A stretch of 63,505 nt of DNA, the filler included, from Hausera hauseri (lineage: Eukaryota): the NCBI GenBank assembly GCA_046269625.1. It is 12 parts of 12 records of this genome, joined end to end, with 100 filler letters (N's around TTAATTAATTAA, not from the genome) between each part and the next. Parts side by side here need not be neighbours in the genome. Positions count along the whole stretch, not along the records: positions 1 to 4,493 come from JBJURY010555452.1; positions 4,594 to 8,537 come from JBJURY010867850.1; positions 8,638 to 15,388 come from JBJURY010069772.1; 9 more parts are not named here. One strand, given 5' to 3'. The position numbers were made by a program, and so were the translations under genes. The stretch's first letter is position 1. Each line of letters opens with the position of its first letter. This document shows positions 1 through 12,599 of the stretch, piece after piece. The notes under the pieces are model-generated. The model had not been told where the DNA came from, searched no databases, and saw only the letters and a list, made by a program, of their open reading frames with translations.

Positions 1-200
1 TGCCTCTCGCTGTCTCTCTGTCTCTCTGTCTCTATCTCTCTCCAATCCTCCCCCTCTGTTTCCCTGTCCGTATGTCTCTATCTCTCTCCCTCTCTCTTTA
101 TCTCTCTCTCTCCTTCTCTTTGTCTCTGTCTCTGTATCTGTCGTTCTCTCTGTCTCTGTCTCTGTCTCTCTGTCGATCTCTCGCTGTCTCGCTCTCTCTC
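1..200. repeat. (CT)n/(CTCTGT)n microsatellite
   Basis: Pyrimidine-rich tandem CT/CTGT units; explains the RD-rich tail of ORF 98..418. Confidence 0.9.
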
Positions 201-715
201 AAACGCTTCATAACACTCACATAACAATGTTTGTTGACTGTTTTCCCCTCTGGAAAGAATTCCGAATGGACAACACTACGACAGTCAAAGAAAATAGTCA
301 ACAGGACTTTGATTTTTGAATGACGTTGATGTGGTTTTTTCGGTTTTGGCTCTTTATTGAAGCGCCATTCGAAAGATTGTTGGCTGGCTTGCATGTCAAA
401 CTCGTAAACCCACGTCATCCGATATGATGCGTTTTATGAATGTAGTGTCCGAATTGACTCGTTCAAGAATGTCTTCAGCAGCCTGTTTGTGGTGCTTTTT
501 GAAGAAAATTCAGCCCTTTCGTAACAACCCGTGCTGCAACGCATGTCATACCTAAAACATCAACGAAAACGGTGCAAAGGGATTCATGACACATGTCCAC
601 ATCCTGAGTCATATCTTTTAAGCTTGCATGACGATTTTCCATCACTTACTTCACTTTGTTGATGTTTTTATCAGTTAAAGACGTTGAAGATCGACCACGA
701 GGCAAGTCTTTACTT
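200..715 (-). mobile_element. mariner transposase remnant
   Basis: TWVYEFD...KIKVLLTIFFDCRSVVHSEFFPEGKTVN matches mariner catalytic-domain motifs; truncated by the microsatellite. Confidence 0.85.
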
Positions 716-927
716 GACAGAATGTATATATGTACCAGATACGATTCACATTTAATCTATATTCATTCATTTCAAAAAATAACTACAAAAATTATTGCAG
801 AAGAATATTAAAAATAAAATTCCATCTAGTGTATTTTCAAACTAGTTATATACCGCTATAAAATGAATTACAGAAAATGTATAAGAATGCTAAGTATTCA
901 TCGTTCCTTTTATTGTACTACTGGACT

Positions 928-1343
928 TCATTTGAAAATTAAAGCATACAAAACAAAAACCAATGTAAGTCCAACTGACATCCGAATGAATTTTCCTGAG
1001 TTGCAGTAATTGGCATTTTGACAGCAGTACAATCCATTAACACCATGGGCGTAAATACAATACGATACTGAACACAATCGCGTGATTATAGTACCGGTTG
1101 AAATTGTTGCTGTAATTGTGACTTCCTGATGAGTGGATGTATAGTAAGTACTCGACATTCCCGGTAATGTCACTATTTTCCAACATGATGAGCAACCAGA
1201 TACGACTGTATAATGATGATAACAATACAATGCACTTGAATCCGATATTAATACTGTATAATATATTAGAACAATTGAATGTAATTATTGATAAACTTAC
1301 ATATTAGAATTATGGATGTTAAAATGAAAACTTTATTGACCAT
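928..1343 (-). CDS. Ly6/uPAR three-finger (CD59-like) GPI-anchored protein, 2 exons, 122 aa
   Basis: Exons 1343-1301 and 1253-928 with a 47-bp GTAAGT..ATACAG intron give signal peptide MVNKVFILTSIILILLISDSSA, then LYC..., terminal CCQNANYCN motif and hydrophobic C-terminal tail. Confidence 0.85.
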
Positions 1344-2168
1344 TTTTCACAATGCATATTCTTCTAATTGTTGACTATTTATATTCTTTTGAAAATTTCT
1401 ATGAGTAATAAGCATTGCAGTTACTATGCTGCTTAGTCTACTGTTGGAATATACCGAAATTATGCGACCATTGAGTCTACCGTTCGATTGTGCAAATATT
1501 AATTGCTTATCATGTTAAAAATATGCAAACATTAAAAAATAAATAATGACATAATTTTAGTTTATCTGGGTAAAGGCAACTTCTATTATTATAAATCATT
1601 TGACAATTGTTGATGTTTGTTCACCATTTTTTGTTGTGTACAATTCCATTATCCTGTATACTGAATAAGTATAAATAGAGTATAATTTTTCATTCAAAGG
1701 AGTGATTATTAACGCGTTGATTCGTTGACGATTATTTTTGCTTCACGTAAGTATTGTTGATAGTCTTATTGCATATTGTATTGTTGTTTTATCTGTAGTA
1801 TGTCGATTACAATACACATATTTAACTTTGGTACGTTAATGATTTCTTTGTTCTCTATTAATTTTCAGTAATATTACATAACTAAATAATAGATCAGTCT
1901 CTTAGCCGTCCACGTCAAATCTACTAGACGGCAACCAGTAAGTAATTTGAGAGCCAAGTAAAACATTAGATTAAAGGTAAAATAGCCCCAGCGACCACCG
2001 CCTTGTACACATTACATATAAGTTAGGGTTAGGTATGATCCTATAGTCTGCCTCGCTCTCTATAACCTTCAATACTTAGCGTAATTGATCGCTTTGTTCG
2101 CCCCATTAATTCTCCTACTATTTTAATTGCAAGTCTCTCCAAGTCGGAATTAGTGAGGATTGAACAAC

Positions 2169-2187
2169 TGGTACCGTGACCCGGGAT
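2169..2187 (+). other. LTR retrotransposon primer-binding site (tRNA-His-like)
   Basis: TGGTACCGTGACCCGGGAT just after a ...AACA LTR-like end and upstream of gag. Confidence 0.55.
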
Positions 2188-2331
2188 CTTTTATTTTTGC
2201 ATAAGTAGTTACTTAAAAGAAAGATTACGACAAGGAAAGGCACAAGATATCAGGAAATCAAGACTTCAGAAGAAGATAACGGACCACATTACGGTATATT
2301 GTACTTGAATAACTTATTCGAAGAAGACGAA

Positions 2332-4493
2332 ATGGCGGCAAATGAGAATACAAACGTAGTAGAACAACATGTTCAATCAAAAGCTGACTATACTCTTCCT
2401 GTGAAGAAATTCTCATGAAAAGAGGACATACAGGATTTTATGATGGAGTATGAAGTATATTCGAAAAGTTTTGGATGGGACGATAAGCAAAGAATGGAAC
2501 GCTTACCTCTTCATCTAAAAGGAATTGCACTGGCAATTTATTTCCAAATGCCGGACGATGAAAAGAATGACTGGAAAAGTATAAAAGAAAAGATGCCGAA
2601 GAAGTTTCTAGTTGATAAATCTGGAAAGGGGAGAATAGACGAATTTATAAGGAGGCAACGTAAAGATCTAACAGTCCAGGATTTCGTTTGTGCGATGGAG
2701 AAATTAGCAGCTAGAGCATACCCAGACGCCACGATAAGGAACAATGCATTGTTAGATCAATTCCAATACGGATTGGAAGAAAAGTTAAGGACAATAATTT
2801 CTCAAGCAGACCCGTCTATGTTCCAAGAGGCAATAAGGAAATCACGAAAAACTGAACGTGATGCGGAACTATATAGATAGAATAAGTCCAAAAGTAATAA
2901 TAATAATTATGATAGACAAAAGAATAATAGTACACGAAGATATCAACGATATGATAAGAACAGGGGCCCATCCCAAAGATCATCAACAGAATCTGAATCA
3001 GATGTGGAAAAAAAGGTTAGATTTAAGCTGAAAAATGGAGAAAAGTCAAACTATAAGAAATCTTCCATAAATGGCGGAAGAACGTTACCTAATATAGATA
3101 CTAAAGGGAGATTAAAATGTTTTAATTGTAATAAATATGGACATATAGCCAAAGCATGTAGGTCACGAAAAGGGGAATCCTCAAAGCCCAATATTAAACA
3201 GAAGAATGATTATATGTCAGCAACCTCGGATGAATGATCCGATAAAGAATATGAAACAAAGGATAATGAGCATGAAACTAAAAAGATAAAAAGAAAGAAA
3301 GTGTAAACTATGTTAACAAGATATTATCTTATCGTATGAAAAAGCAGCTAGCTATAGAATTAAAGGATTATAAAACTCAACAGAGACGTTTAAGAGAAAA
3401 TAGTATATACGTAACGGAAGAAAAGTCAAAAGGAGGAAAACCTCGACAAGGAAGAAAGGAGGGTAATAAAAAATAATTGATGTTCTTCTAAGGAGAAAAG
3501 CGATGTAGGACAAAAGAAAAGAGGACGAAAGAAAAGTAAGCCTGGCGAGTCAACGTCAGAGGAAAGTGAGAAAGAAGCTCAACCCACAAAAATTTTTGAC
3601 GAAACCGTCATCGAACAAGTAATACATGACATAGACAGACGTAGATGCCGAAGATGACCTTATTCAAGCAGTAATTGCTATAGATCCTGAAAATATAGTT
3701 GACGTAAACCAAGCTACAAGCACAATATTAAGAGTAATAGATAATAAGGTATTTACAATTAAGATAAACGAAATTTTATTTCAGTTACTATTACTCGTGC
3801 ATGATACAACTCCAATAAGAGAGATGGCTCGTACCATATTAACTTAAGTAACTGAAGACGAAAGAGGAAGAAATGAAACAGTAAGAATAACGTTGAAAGA
3901 AGGAAATCAAGATATGAGAGTTATTCGAATGAATGAGACAGATGATATATTGGCTTTGAGATAGAAGATTGAAGAGATAGAACTATTCTACAAAAAAATG
4001 TATACGGATAAAATTTCTATGGAAGAACATTATACGGTTATGATAAATTACTAAGAATAGGATATAGAAGCGAAAACTATAACCCAATCACCATAACCGA
4101 GATACACCTTGAAGCAAGTGCGGAGGAAATAATAGAAAATATAATGAGGAAACTACAACCACTGGAAGTAAAGAGCAACCAGTAGGTGACACGCAGGATA
4201 TCACAATACACACTGAGGCTAAAAGAAGAGAACGGCCAAAAGGAACTAAAATAAGTTATATTCGAAATAAGAGAGATAGGAACGAATAAATTGTACGACG
4301 TTTGTTATTGGCAGGAACAGATACTACACCATAAACTATAGATATAAACCCATTATTAAGAACGCTGCTGGCAAAATTACACACATCGTCTGCATCATTC
4401 GATATGCAAATTACCATACCCAAGGAGCTATTTCAGACGTTGCGTAATAGTATGCTAAGAATTAGCAGGCAGTTTTATGAGAATATTAATGAA
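2332..4493 (+). mobile_element. Ty3/Gypsy gag pseudogene with CCHC knuckle and decayed A-rich downstream ORF
   Basis: Retrotransposon gag-like segment (GWDDKQRMERLPLHLKGIA...DQFQYGL), CFNCNKYGHIAKAC knuckle, multiple stops. Confidence 0.8.
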
Positions 4494-4593
4494 NNNNNNN
4501 NNNNNNNNNNNNNNNNNNNNNNNNNNNNNNNNNNNNNTTAATTAATTAANNNNNNNNNNNNNNNNNNNNNNNNNNNNNNNNNNNNNNNNNNNN
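4494..4593. other. Artificial contig linker (first of 11: 4494, 8538, 15389, 20294, 24934, 29099, 33449, 37703, 47144, 51652, 57648)
   Basis: Identical 100-bp N44-TTAATTAATTAA-N44 blocks with stops in all six frames. Confidence 0.97.
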
Positions 4594-6910
4594 ACTGAAT
4601 CTATATGCCGTTGGAAAGTTTGTGCTGCGTTCTTTAAACCGAACGGCTTGAATGCGTATTCGAAAAGACCGAAAGGTGTTATAATGGCCGTTTTTGGTAT
4701 ATCTTCTGGTGCTACCGGTATTTGGTGGTAGGCTTTTTCGGGATCTATGGTTAAATAAATCGTAGTATTGTGTAAAGAATGCAATATATTCTTTATCAAC
4801 GGTAAAGGATAAGCATCCATGGTTGTGACATTATTAAGTTGCCGATAGTCGCCACATTGACGGAATGTGCCATCTTTCTTTGGGACGACGTGCAGTGGGG
4901 ATGCCCATGGTGATTTCGAGCGCCTTATGATTCTGGCTTGCTCGAGTGCAGAGAATTCCGCTTGTACTGCCTGTCGATGGCGTGGTAAAAGTGGACGGAG
5001 TTTCTGCCTAACGGGCCTAAGGTGACAATATAATGGAACGTCGCGTTAGCCGGTCGGAATGCTGAGTCTTTTTTTATTGTGTGAAAGCAGGACTTGGCTA
5101 AGTATTGCTGCATTTCCTGACTAAGTGTAGTGAAGGATGTTGTTGTCGCGACAGTGGTCTGATTGGACTTAATATGTGAAATTCTAGAGATTGCATCGCC
5201 TAAATCATCCTTGTGAACGCTTTTTGAAGGTTCTTTTAGTATAGGTTTTATAAGTGAAATAGATTGCATGACTTGTTGGTTATTTGAAGAGGTGAATTTT
5301 GTTGGACTGCTCTTGACGATCTGACGTTGTCTACAATCTACAAGGAGGTTATAGAAAGATAGAAAGTCAGATCCAAGTATTGGCAATTGTGTGTCGGCAA
5401 CGATGAATGTCCAATTGAAAGTGTCGGGGAATGATGGTAGTGAATAAGACTTTGGACGTGCCGAAAATGCGTAAAGCTTGGCCGTTTGCTGTATACAGTT
5501 TGATGTTAGACAGTGAGATAGATAGTGTTTTGATGGATGGTGGTAATAAGGAAACGGCAGCCCCTGAGTCTATGAGGAAGATTGGCTGATTAGGTTTGGA
5601 TGTCAAGGAGGCTTTTAATGTGAAGACAGCATTTGTGCGGCTGTAGCAATGTCGAGAGTAGCCTTTACCAGCATGCGCCAGAACATCTGGCGGCTTTATT
5701 AGATTTTTTTGGATAAAAGAATTTAGAGAGTCATAAGAATTACGATGGGATTAGTTAAATCGACTGGAAAACGTGCAACCGTCGATGCATTTTCGGCTTT
5801 GTTGTTGAATCTATTATGGTAAATGCAAACGATGTCAGGTTTTTGGAAAGCTGATGTATAAAATTTGCACCACAAGCAACATTTGTTGGATTGGTTTTTG
5901 AATTTACTGTGGTAATAGCACACCATATGTCGAGTAGGGGATCTAGTGGAATTTTGTGATAAAGCACGGCTGTGATTAGGTGTGAATCGATTGCGTCGCG
6001 GTATTGTTAAATTGTCCAGTTTGGAAGTTTGAGCAGAAATTGCTTGTTGTATTGCCGTGTTTTCAGCTCGGAGAGTGTTTATTTGATTATTCAGCGCTAA
6101 GATTTCAGCACTGGATGGTGTTATAGGCGGTTGCAATGTGGCTGCGACGATAGGAGTATGATGTGTATTTAGTATGTTGTAACTTTTATCAGCCAGTTGT
6201 GCTAACTTTTCTAACGTAGCAGTATCTTCAACTACTGTTAGTAAAGCGCGTATTTCTTTCGGTAATGATTGAAGGAAATATCTGTGCAATAAGTCGGCAA
6301 TGTTGGTTTGGTTTACTCCCAACTTACTCAATTAAGTCAAAGATGTTTGCAAAAATTCGGAGGGTTTTAGTGTGTCTATGGTGTTTTCATTAAAATATTT
6401 CTGGATAATGTTATCCAGAGAAGGCTCGGAGAGTTTAAGGATGGCGTAGAATAGTGTTTCGTATGGGTCTACGGTCTGAAAAATATCGGAAAGATTTGGG
6501 AGTAGCGACTTAAGGCTGGCTGGTAAAAGTATTAATAGGCTATTGGCTTTGAAGAAAGGGTCAGTGATCTTATTCGATTTTAGCCATTGTGCATGGAATT
6601 CTAGCCATGTACGACTGGAATATTGTTTATCTGTAAAATAGTCGACACAAGAAAAATTGACCAAATAGGATGCTGCAGGTAGAACTAAAGGGGACTGCTT
6701 TAGAGAAACGTGTATGATAGGAATATCGGTGAATTCCTGAGGTTCGTTTAATGCAGATTTTGTGTCGGAGCCACCAAATAGGCGTGAACATAAAGTTATT
6801 ATTAGTGGTGAAGGTGGGGATAAAAAGGATGACATTAAATCGGAATAATGAAGATGGTATCCGTTTATGTTTAGTGTGTAACATTTTAAGTTAATGCAAT
6901 GAGCCAAATC
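4594..6910 (-). mobile_element. CsRn1-clade-like Ty3/Gypsy, gag-PR-RT (copy A, degenerate)
   Basis: gag CYYHSKFKNQSNKCCLWC (CHCC), protease FLIDSGAAVS, RT DAYPLP..KAYHQIPVAPEDIPKTAIITPFGLFE. Confidence 0.9.
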
Positions 6911-7814
6911 TACAAAATCTGCTATTGTTGCTTTAATGTGTGTGCGGTGTGTGTGGATATGTTTATTTTGAAGGAAAAAAAATAGGGAAAAAGGTGAGTG
7001 CTATGTCAGGGATATAGTGCGCTACCGGGGACACAACCGTGCCCCAAATCCCTGCATTGTAATGGTTGATCTTTCTGACCGGTGAGATCATTGATTTGTA
7101 TTGCAATGGTTCATTGCTGGCTTTAAGATAATTCTGGAGAAATTGCGGACTATTGTCAAAATACGAGGCAACCAACTCTTCGGGTAAAATTGTATATTTT
7201 AATAATTTAGTAGGTTCATTATTATATGCATAATGAAAATATGACAAATTCACTGACTTTTTTTCCTATCTTTTTTAGGTCTTTTGGGACTCCAGTGATA
7301 GACCCCGATAATAGTTGACGTAGTAATACATGGTAATTGATGAGTAAGTTGGGGAAATTATGTCACCATAAGAGTATTGTACTGGCGGCGCTTTTGTATC
7401 CTATTTGAATAAGTTTTTGTAGGTGGAGATTATTGAGATTTGGATGTAGAAATGAGAATAGATCCCGGAGTAATTGAATGTATAGTCCATGTGTGTGTTG
7501 CATTGCTGTACGATGGAGCATTTTAGAAATGAACGATTGATTAGAAATGAGTTTTAGCCATGAGAATATGAATGATGCGGCACAATTTGGTCTGGTGACA
7601 TGGAAAGTATGTGAAAATGCAGTCAGAACATGAAATTGGGATTCGACTATTTGTTCTTCAATAATAAATTGATGTAGTTCATTGAGGACTATCATAAGGG
7701 TTCGCTGCAATGATATTGGGTGAAACCAATCCCGCCGTACCTCAGGTTCGAGCAGTAATATACCGGAAATAATCACCAATGACTTATTTAATAAACGCAA
7801 CCTTCCTGTCACTT

Positions 7815-8537
7815 CATTCTTATTCAGTTTACAGGGTCTAAAATGTCGACTTAGATTATTAAACTGTTGGCACTTGTTGGCTCGACAGTTTGCGTCTCGG
7901 CAATGATATGAATGTTCGAAGAGAATGGTAAAAAGAGACTGGTAAATTTCGGAAATGTTTAAAGTCAAAATATTTGTGGAATCTTTACCGCCAACTTTTT
8001 GAAGTTCATGCGTATGGCCCTGAGATTTAGCACATGATCCACACAGTTCGAATTCTTTACGAATTCTTCGTGAGCAAGTGTACCGTACATCATCGAGTAA
8101 CATATCACATGAATACATGAATATATAACATCAAGGCATAATTCTAGATGCAATTCGTAACACATTACGAGTGTCGCAAATTTTACCCGACGAATTGTGG
8201 AGAATTTCAAATGCCTTTTCAACTTTTCTTTAGTCATTGATTCCCTTCTTTTCTCAACATGAGTTAAATACTTCAAGACGTATTTACTTATTTCCTGAAA
8301 CATATTAACTTCATAACGTTCATCCTCAAGGCAATGTATTTGTTCTTCGTAAAAGTGCTTTATGAATGAAACTGTCGGTGTATCTTCTGACATCATAGAT
8401 GGCAGGTAACCATCAGATAACGATTCGTAATATAATCCGAGCGAAACCCCAGCTATGGTAAAAAAATCACGCCGATCATTGAGTGTACCATATGTATCAT
8501 TGTGGGTTAAATATTTATCATCAATAACAGGATAATT
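7815..8537 (-). pseudogene. CBP/p300-like HAT C-terminus-ZZ-TAZ2 fragment carrying an in-frame Sin3 HID-like insert
   Basis: NDRRDFFTIA / KRHLKFSTIRRVKFATLVMCYELH (HAT end); YSC..RYTC..EFELCGSC..GHTHEL (ZZ); LFEHSYHCRDANCRANKCQQF..HFRPC (TAZ2); 8-bp duplication at 8108-8123 shifts the frame. Confidence 0.8.
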
Positions 8538-8637
8538 NNNNNNNNNNNNNNNNNNNNNNNNNNNNNNNNNNNNNNNNNNNNTTAATTAATTAANNNNNNN
8601 NNNNNNNNNNNNNNNNNNNNNNNNNNNNNNNNNNNNN

Positions 8638-8881
8638 TCTTCTGGATGGTCCGTAAAAGAGTATGCCGCTTCTGGAACAGCGGTGAAAATGACCGGAAAG
8701 TCAATATCTCAGCCTGTAGGTCACCTTTTCCCCGTGTCCTTACGGCTTTTTCATCCGGACACGCTTTTTACGTCATTTCCTCCCCGAAAATTACGCAACT
8801 TCCTGTGGAAATTGCGCAATTCCACACCGGAAGTTGCGCAAACGGGGGGTGGGGGCCCAGAACCGGCAATTTTATACTACT
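8638..8881. mobile_element. Probable Polinton/Maverick terminal inverted repeat end
   Basis: GC-richer tract with hairpin at 8794-8838, ending in TATACTACT (reverse complement AGTAGTATA, the usual Polinton 5'-AG terminus). Confidence 0.5.
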
Positions 8882-10271
8882 AACTGACATACCGGAAGAT
8901 TATTTAAATAAGATTTTCCATGCAAAAATATTGGACATAACTATGGAGAAGTCTAATCGTGAAGAGAACGTAGGTCTTGGTACTGAAGGGACTTTTGACA
9001 AATTGAGGACTTTTATTGTCAGCTGGAACAAACAAAGTAAACCGAATATTTTATATGTTCAGGATTCACTTTTCGGAATTTCAATATTTAAAGCAACATT
9101 GAACAAAAATAGATCCAAACATATTCGAGGATTTTTAAAATTTTTTTGTCAAAATATCTGGATCTAAACGTAAAACTAGGAAAATTTTCAATAATAATTT
9201 GTGGAAAAGGTATATTTTACAAAAAAAATCTAAAGTTTCAATTAACATAATATCCCCATTCCAAGTAAGCCTAAAATATTGAATCAACATATGGCGCTTA
9301 TGAGGCATTAATAATAGTTAACAATGATTTGCCGTAGTCAGGAAGATTGAAAGTTATTCTCGAATTATATACATTACTAATTTAATATTATTTTGGAAAT
9401 TTATTTCCGTATTTAAAACGTTTTTTTTTCTTATTTTGAAAACTGAAAAATTAACCCCAAAACATGAAACACCAATTTTGGTGCACTTTATGGTGTCCAC
9501 CTAACTCGGCTATATTCCTAAATCTAATTTCCGTATTTTACTCTTTACATACCGCATATATCCTTCAAAAACAACATTAAATTTGTTACATAAAATAAAT
9601 CGCGGAAAAATAATTTTCACTCAAACTTTTGAGATACGTGATTTTACAATCTACAAAATGGATAAGTCACAAAAATAGTTGAATTTGTTTAACTGAATCA
9701 AATTCATTGTATCTCACATTGGTAATTCGAACAGTTCATGTACAAATGAGTGAATGGTATTTGTCGTTATGCGGTGATTTATCAACGGTAAGAATTGACG
9801 TTATTGCGTTGCGAAATAACCGTACCACCGTTACGTAGAATTGGACCGAAAAATGGAACGCATAGTCACCGGATTTTCCCGTTTGTTTTCAATATTTCGA
9901 ATGTTCTATTATCGTTCTGTCGTATGCCGTTCTCTGTTTGCTGTACGTTTGGTGGTTATTCCGTCAGAATATTGATGGACGAGATGTCAGGCCGTTGTTT
10001 ATTGTGAAATTGATGAGATTTTCTGTGGTTGTGGTTTTGAGACTTTTACGTAATTACATAATTTGATTGTTGTAATTATGGATTTCTGTTGTTATTCATT
10101 TGTTGTATTTTTTATATTGCTGTTTAATTTCATTATTAATAAATTAAATTCAAAAGCTTTCTATAACACCAGACATTGACCGTCATGGAAAGGGACGAAA
10201 TGATTTTGGACATTTTGTACAATCTTGTTTAAGGTTTTCAGTTAAGGTCAAAAACGCAAGTCCCAGGTTGC

Positions 10272-10660
10272 TTTGGAGGCCAGGAGCCGTGGAGTGAATC
10301 GGAAATTAAAGCATACATTAAGAAAGAATTTAATGTTCAATTCGACATGTTTTCGAAAATCAATGTCAATGGCGACGATGCCCATCCATTATTCAAATAT
10401 TTGAAATTGAAGTTGAAAGGAAGTTTTGGAGAGTAATGACGTTTTCATTATGAATTGTTTTGAGAATTAATTTTTCACAGTTCAATTAAGTGGAATTTTT
10501 CGAAATTTCTCATCGATCGACATGGACAACCCGTAAAGAGATACAGTCCAACAACAAGTCCAAAGGTATTTCTTACTATTATTTTTACTGAATAAAGGTA
10601 ATTTTGTGTTTGTTGCAGGATATTCAGCCTGACATTGAGGCTGAATTAGAAAAAGAGTAA
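10272..10660 (+). pseudogene. Glutathione peroxidase (GPx4/PHGPx-like), 3' three exons only
   Basis: Exons 10272-10432, 10481-10565, 10619-10660 with GT-AG introns of 48 and 53 bp: [46 protein letters not shown]; N-terminal catalytic exon not found. Confidence 0.85.
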
Positions 10661-10675
10661 TATTCATTTTATTAT

Positions 10676-10734
10676 CAGTCATTATGATGGGTTCATTCTA
10701 AATTTATTGAATGTACTCTGATGTTTGTCGACTG
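10676..10734 (+). promoter_or_regulatory. SECIS element
   Basis: CAGTC/GACTG helix I, ATGA..GA core, helix II GGGTTCATTC/GAATGTACTC, AAA in the apical loop; begins 16 nt after the GPx stop. Confidence 0.85.
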
Positions 10735-12599
10735 TTATTTGAATATATCTTCTTAGTTTTGTATCTGTTTGTCTGACTTAATCCACTGCATAAGTTTTAC
10801 ATGAACATTGATCAAATCAGCACTTGTTCGATATTCTGCCCACCTTTGTCATTTATAGAAATTTCTCCTTGTTGACGAAAATTTGTTAGTAAAATATAGA
10901 ACGGAAGGTGACTTTTAGATGGGGATTAATCCTGCAATTGTTGAAAGTTAAATTTGGGCGTTTATTGATTATTCCCAGCATAAGTATAAAATTTCTACTG
11001 GAAAATATAAAATACTCTTGGATCTTCTATATTTCAAAATGCTGCGCATGTAGATTGGTGGGCGCATAATGCAGAAGCGCCGATAATAGTATAGAATTCG
11101 ATTCCCTACAATGTTTTGCAAATATGAAAGTAAATGTGCGTTATATGTCATACTTTGACGTTGAAAATCCAATTTTCTCGATTGCTTTAGGGCCAAGTAG
11201 TTTTCAGAGGCCTTCCATAAATTGCATTGAAAAAGAAAATGGAAAATATTTGAAGGATGGCTTAATTCTTATGAAAGATTCGGTACTTTTGTTAATGTGT
11301 AAGTGATCAAAATTCGGTCAAAAAAGAATTCGTTTTGAATTGGAAGTTAATGGAAACTAAAGATTACGAATAATCAACAAATCTGCCTGTTGATCGATAA
11401 CGAAGAAAACTACGAAGTGACAATTGGCACAGCATCAACGAACCGAAAAAGATCTTCAAAATGGTACCAAGATGTACTTCACGGCCTTTACGGTTCTTAA
11501 GATATTGTGTACATATTTTTTCATGGGGCATTCATCTTTTGTTTTAATGTGTCAAAGTGAAAACGGTAACAGAAATGATTTTTGGTATAATATTTAAATA
11601 TAGTTTTTTAATTTCTTTGACCTTGAAAATTTGAGAAGTTTTGAACTATAAGGAAATGATTACAATTGTATGCTGGATTGGTGAGACTGTTCCTTTGAAT
11701 ATGAAAAAAGTAATTATTTACGGAAGTGTTTATTTACGGTACATGCACAATGTAAAAGTGAAATTCGTTTGCTTACTCATAATTATAACATGTTGAGTAA
11801 CGGAAGAAAAATATAAAAATGAAAATTTTTTAAAGGAGAATCCCCTGGAAATACGTTGGTAAGAGAAGATTATAATTTATTATTCCCAACGCAAGTCGGT
11901 TATTTATGCATCATATCTATGCAAAACATGTCAGTCATTTCGTTATATTTAATTACGGATTTTACGAGTTCTACCGGAAATACAGAGCTTTAGAAGGTTT
12001 TTATGAAATTATTAGACGAAATATTGGTGCAACGTGAACTGGCATAGATGTAAAGTGATGAAGTTCCCAGATAATTTAACTCCAGTTTATGCAGGCGATA
12101 TTTCTCGGGAAACTGGTAGTTAACGGTCATTCTACTTACAGATGAAATTTGATAAGCCATGCAACTTCCACCAGAATCCAGTAGAATAATCTGATTAACT
12201 GCTGGTCCGACAAGCTTTAATCAACATAAGTCACGCATCGCACTGACCGCTGAACCAATATCCGGAACATAATATTTTAAAGAACTTAATGAGGAAGGTC
12301 CATAACGCCATGAATTTGTTCAGTGGTTATCCGTTGACTGCATCTATTGACAATATCGAACTGTTAATTCCCCAAATTCGACTTTGGGAGATGGCTGCCA
12401 CAGAACATATCTCACCGACATCGTGAATTACCGAATTAGGTGGAATTCTCGTCAATTGGTGACATATAGATATTGAGAATGGGGAGTTTGTTATTGAAAT
12501 CGGCAGGGTAGAAGCAACATTTCAAGGCCTATCGGGATTTCTTTATACTGTGCAGTGGCATGAGTGAGAAGATACGCAGAGGTAGCTAAATAACCATTA

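Noticed and set aside
2416-2418. In-frame stops as evidence of an alternative genetic code or readthrough
   Set aside because: All three stop types and frameshifts occur in decayed TEs, while intact host ORFs use standard stops
4494-4593. Recurrent TTAATTAATTAA palindrome about every 5 kb
   Set aside because: Artificial linker embedded in Ns; not a biological repeat or CRISPR
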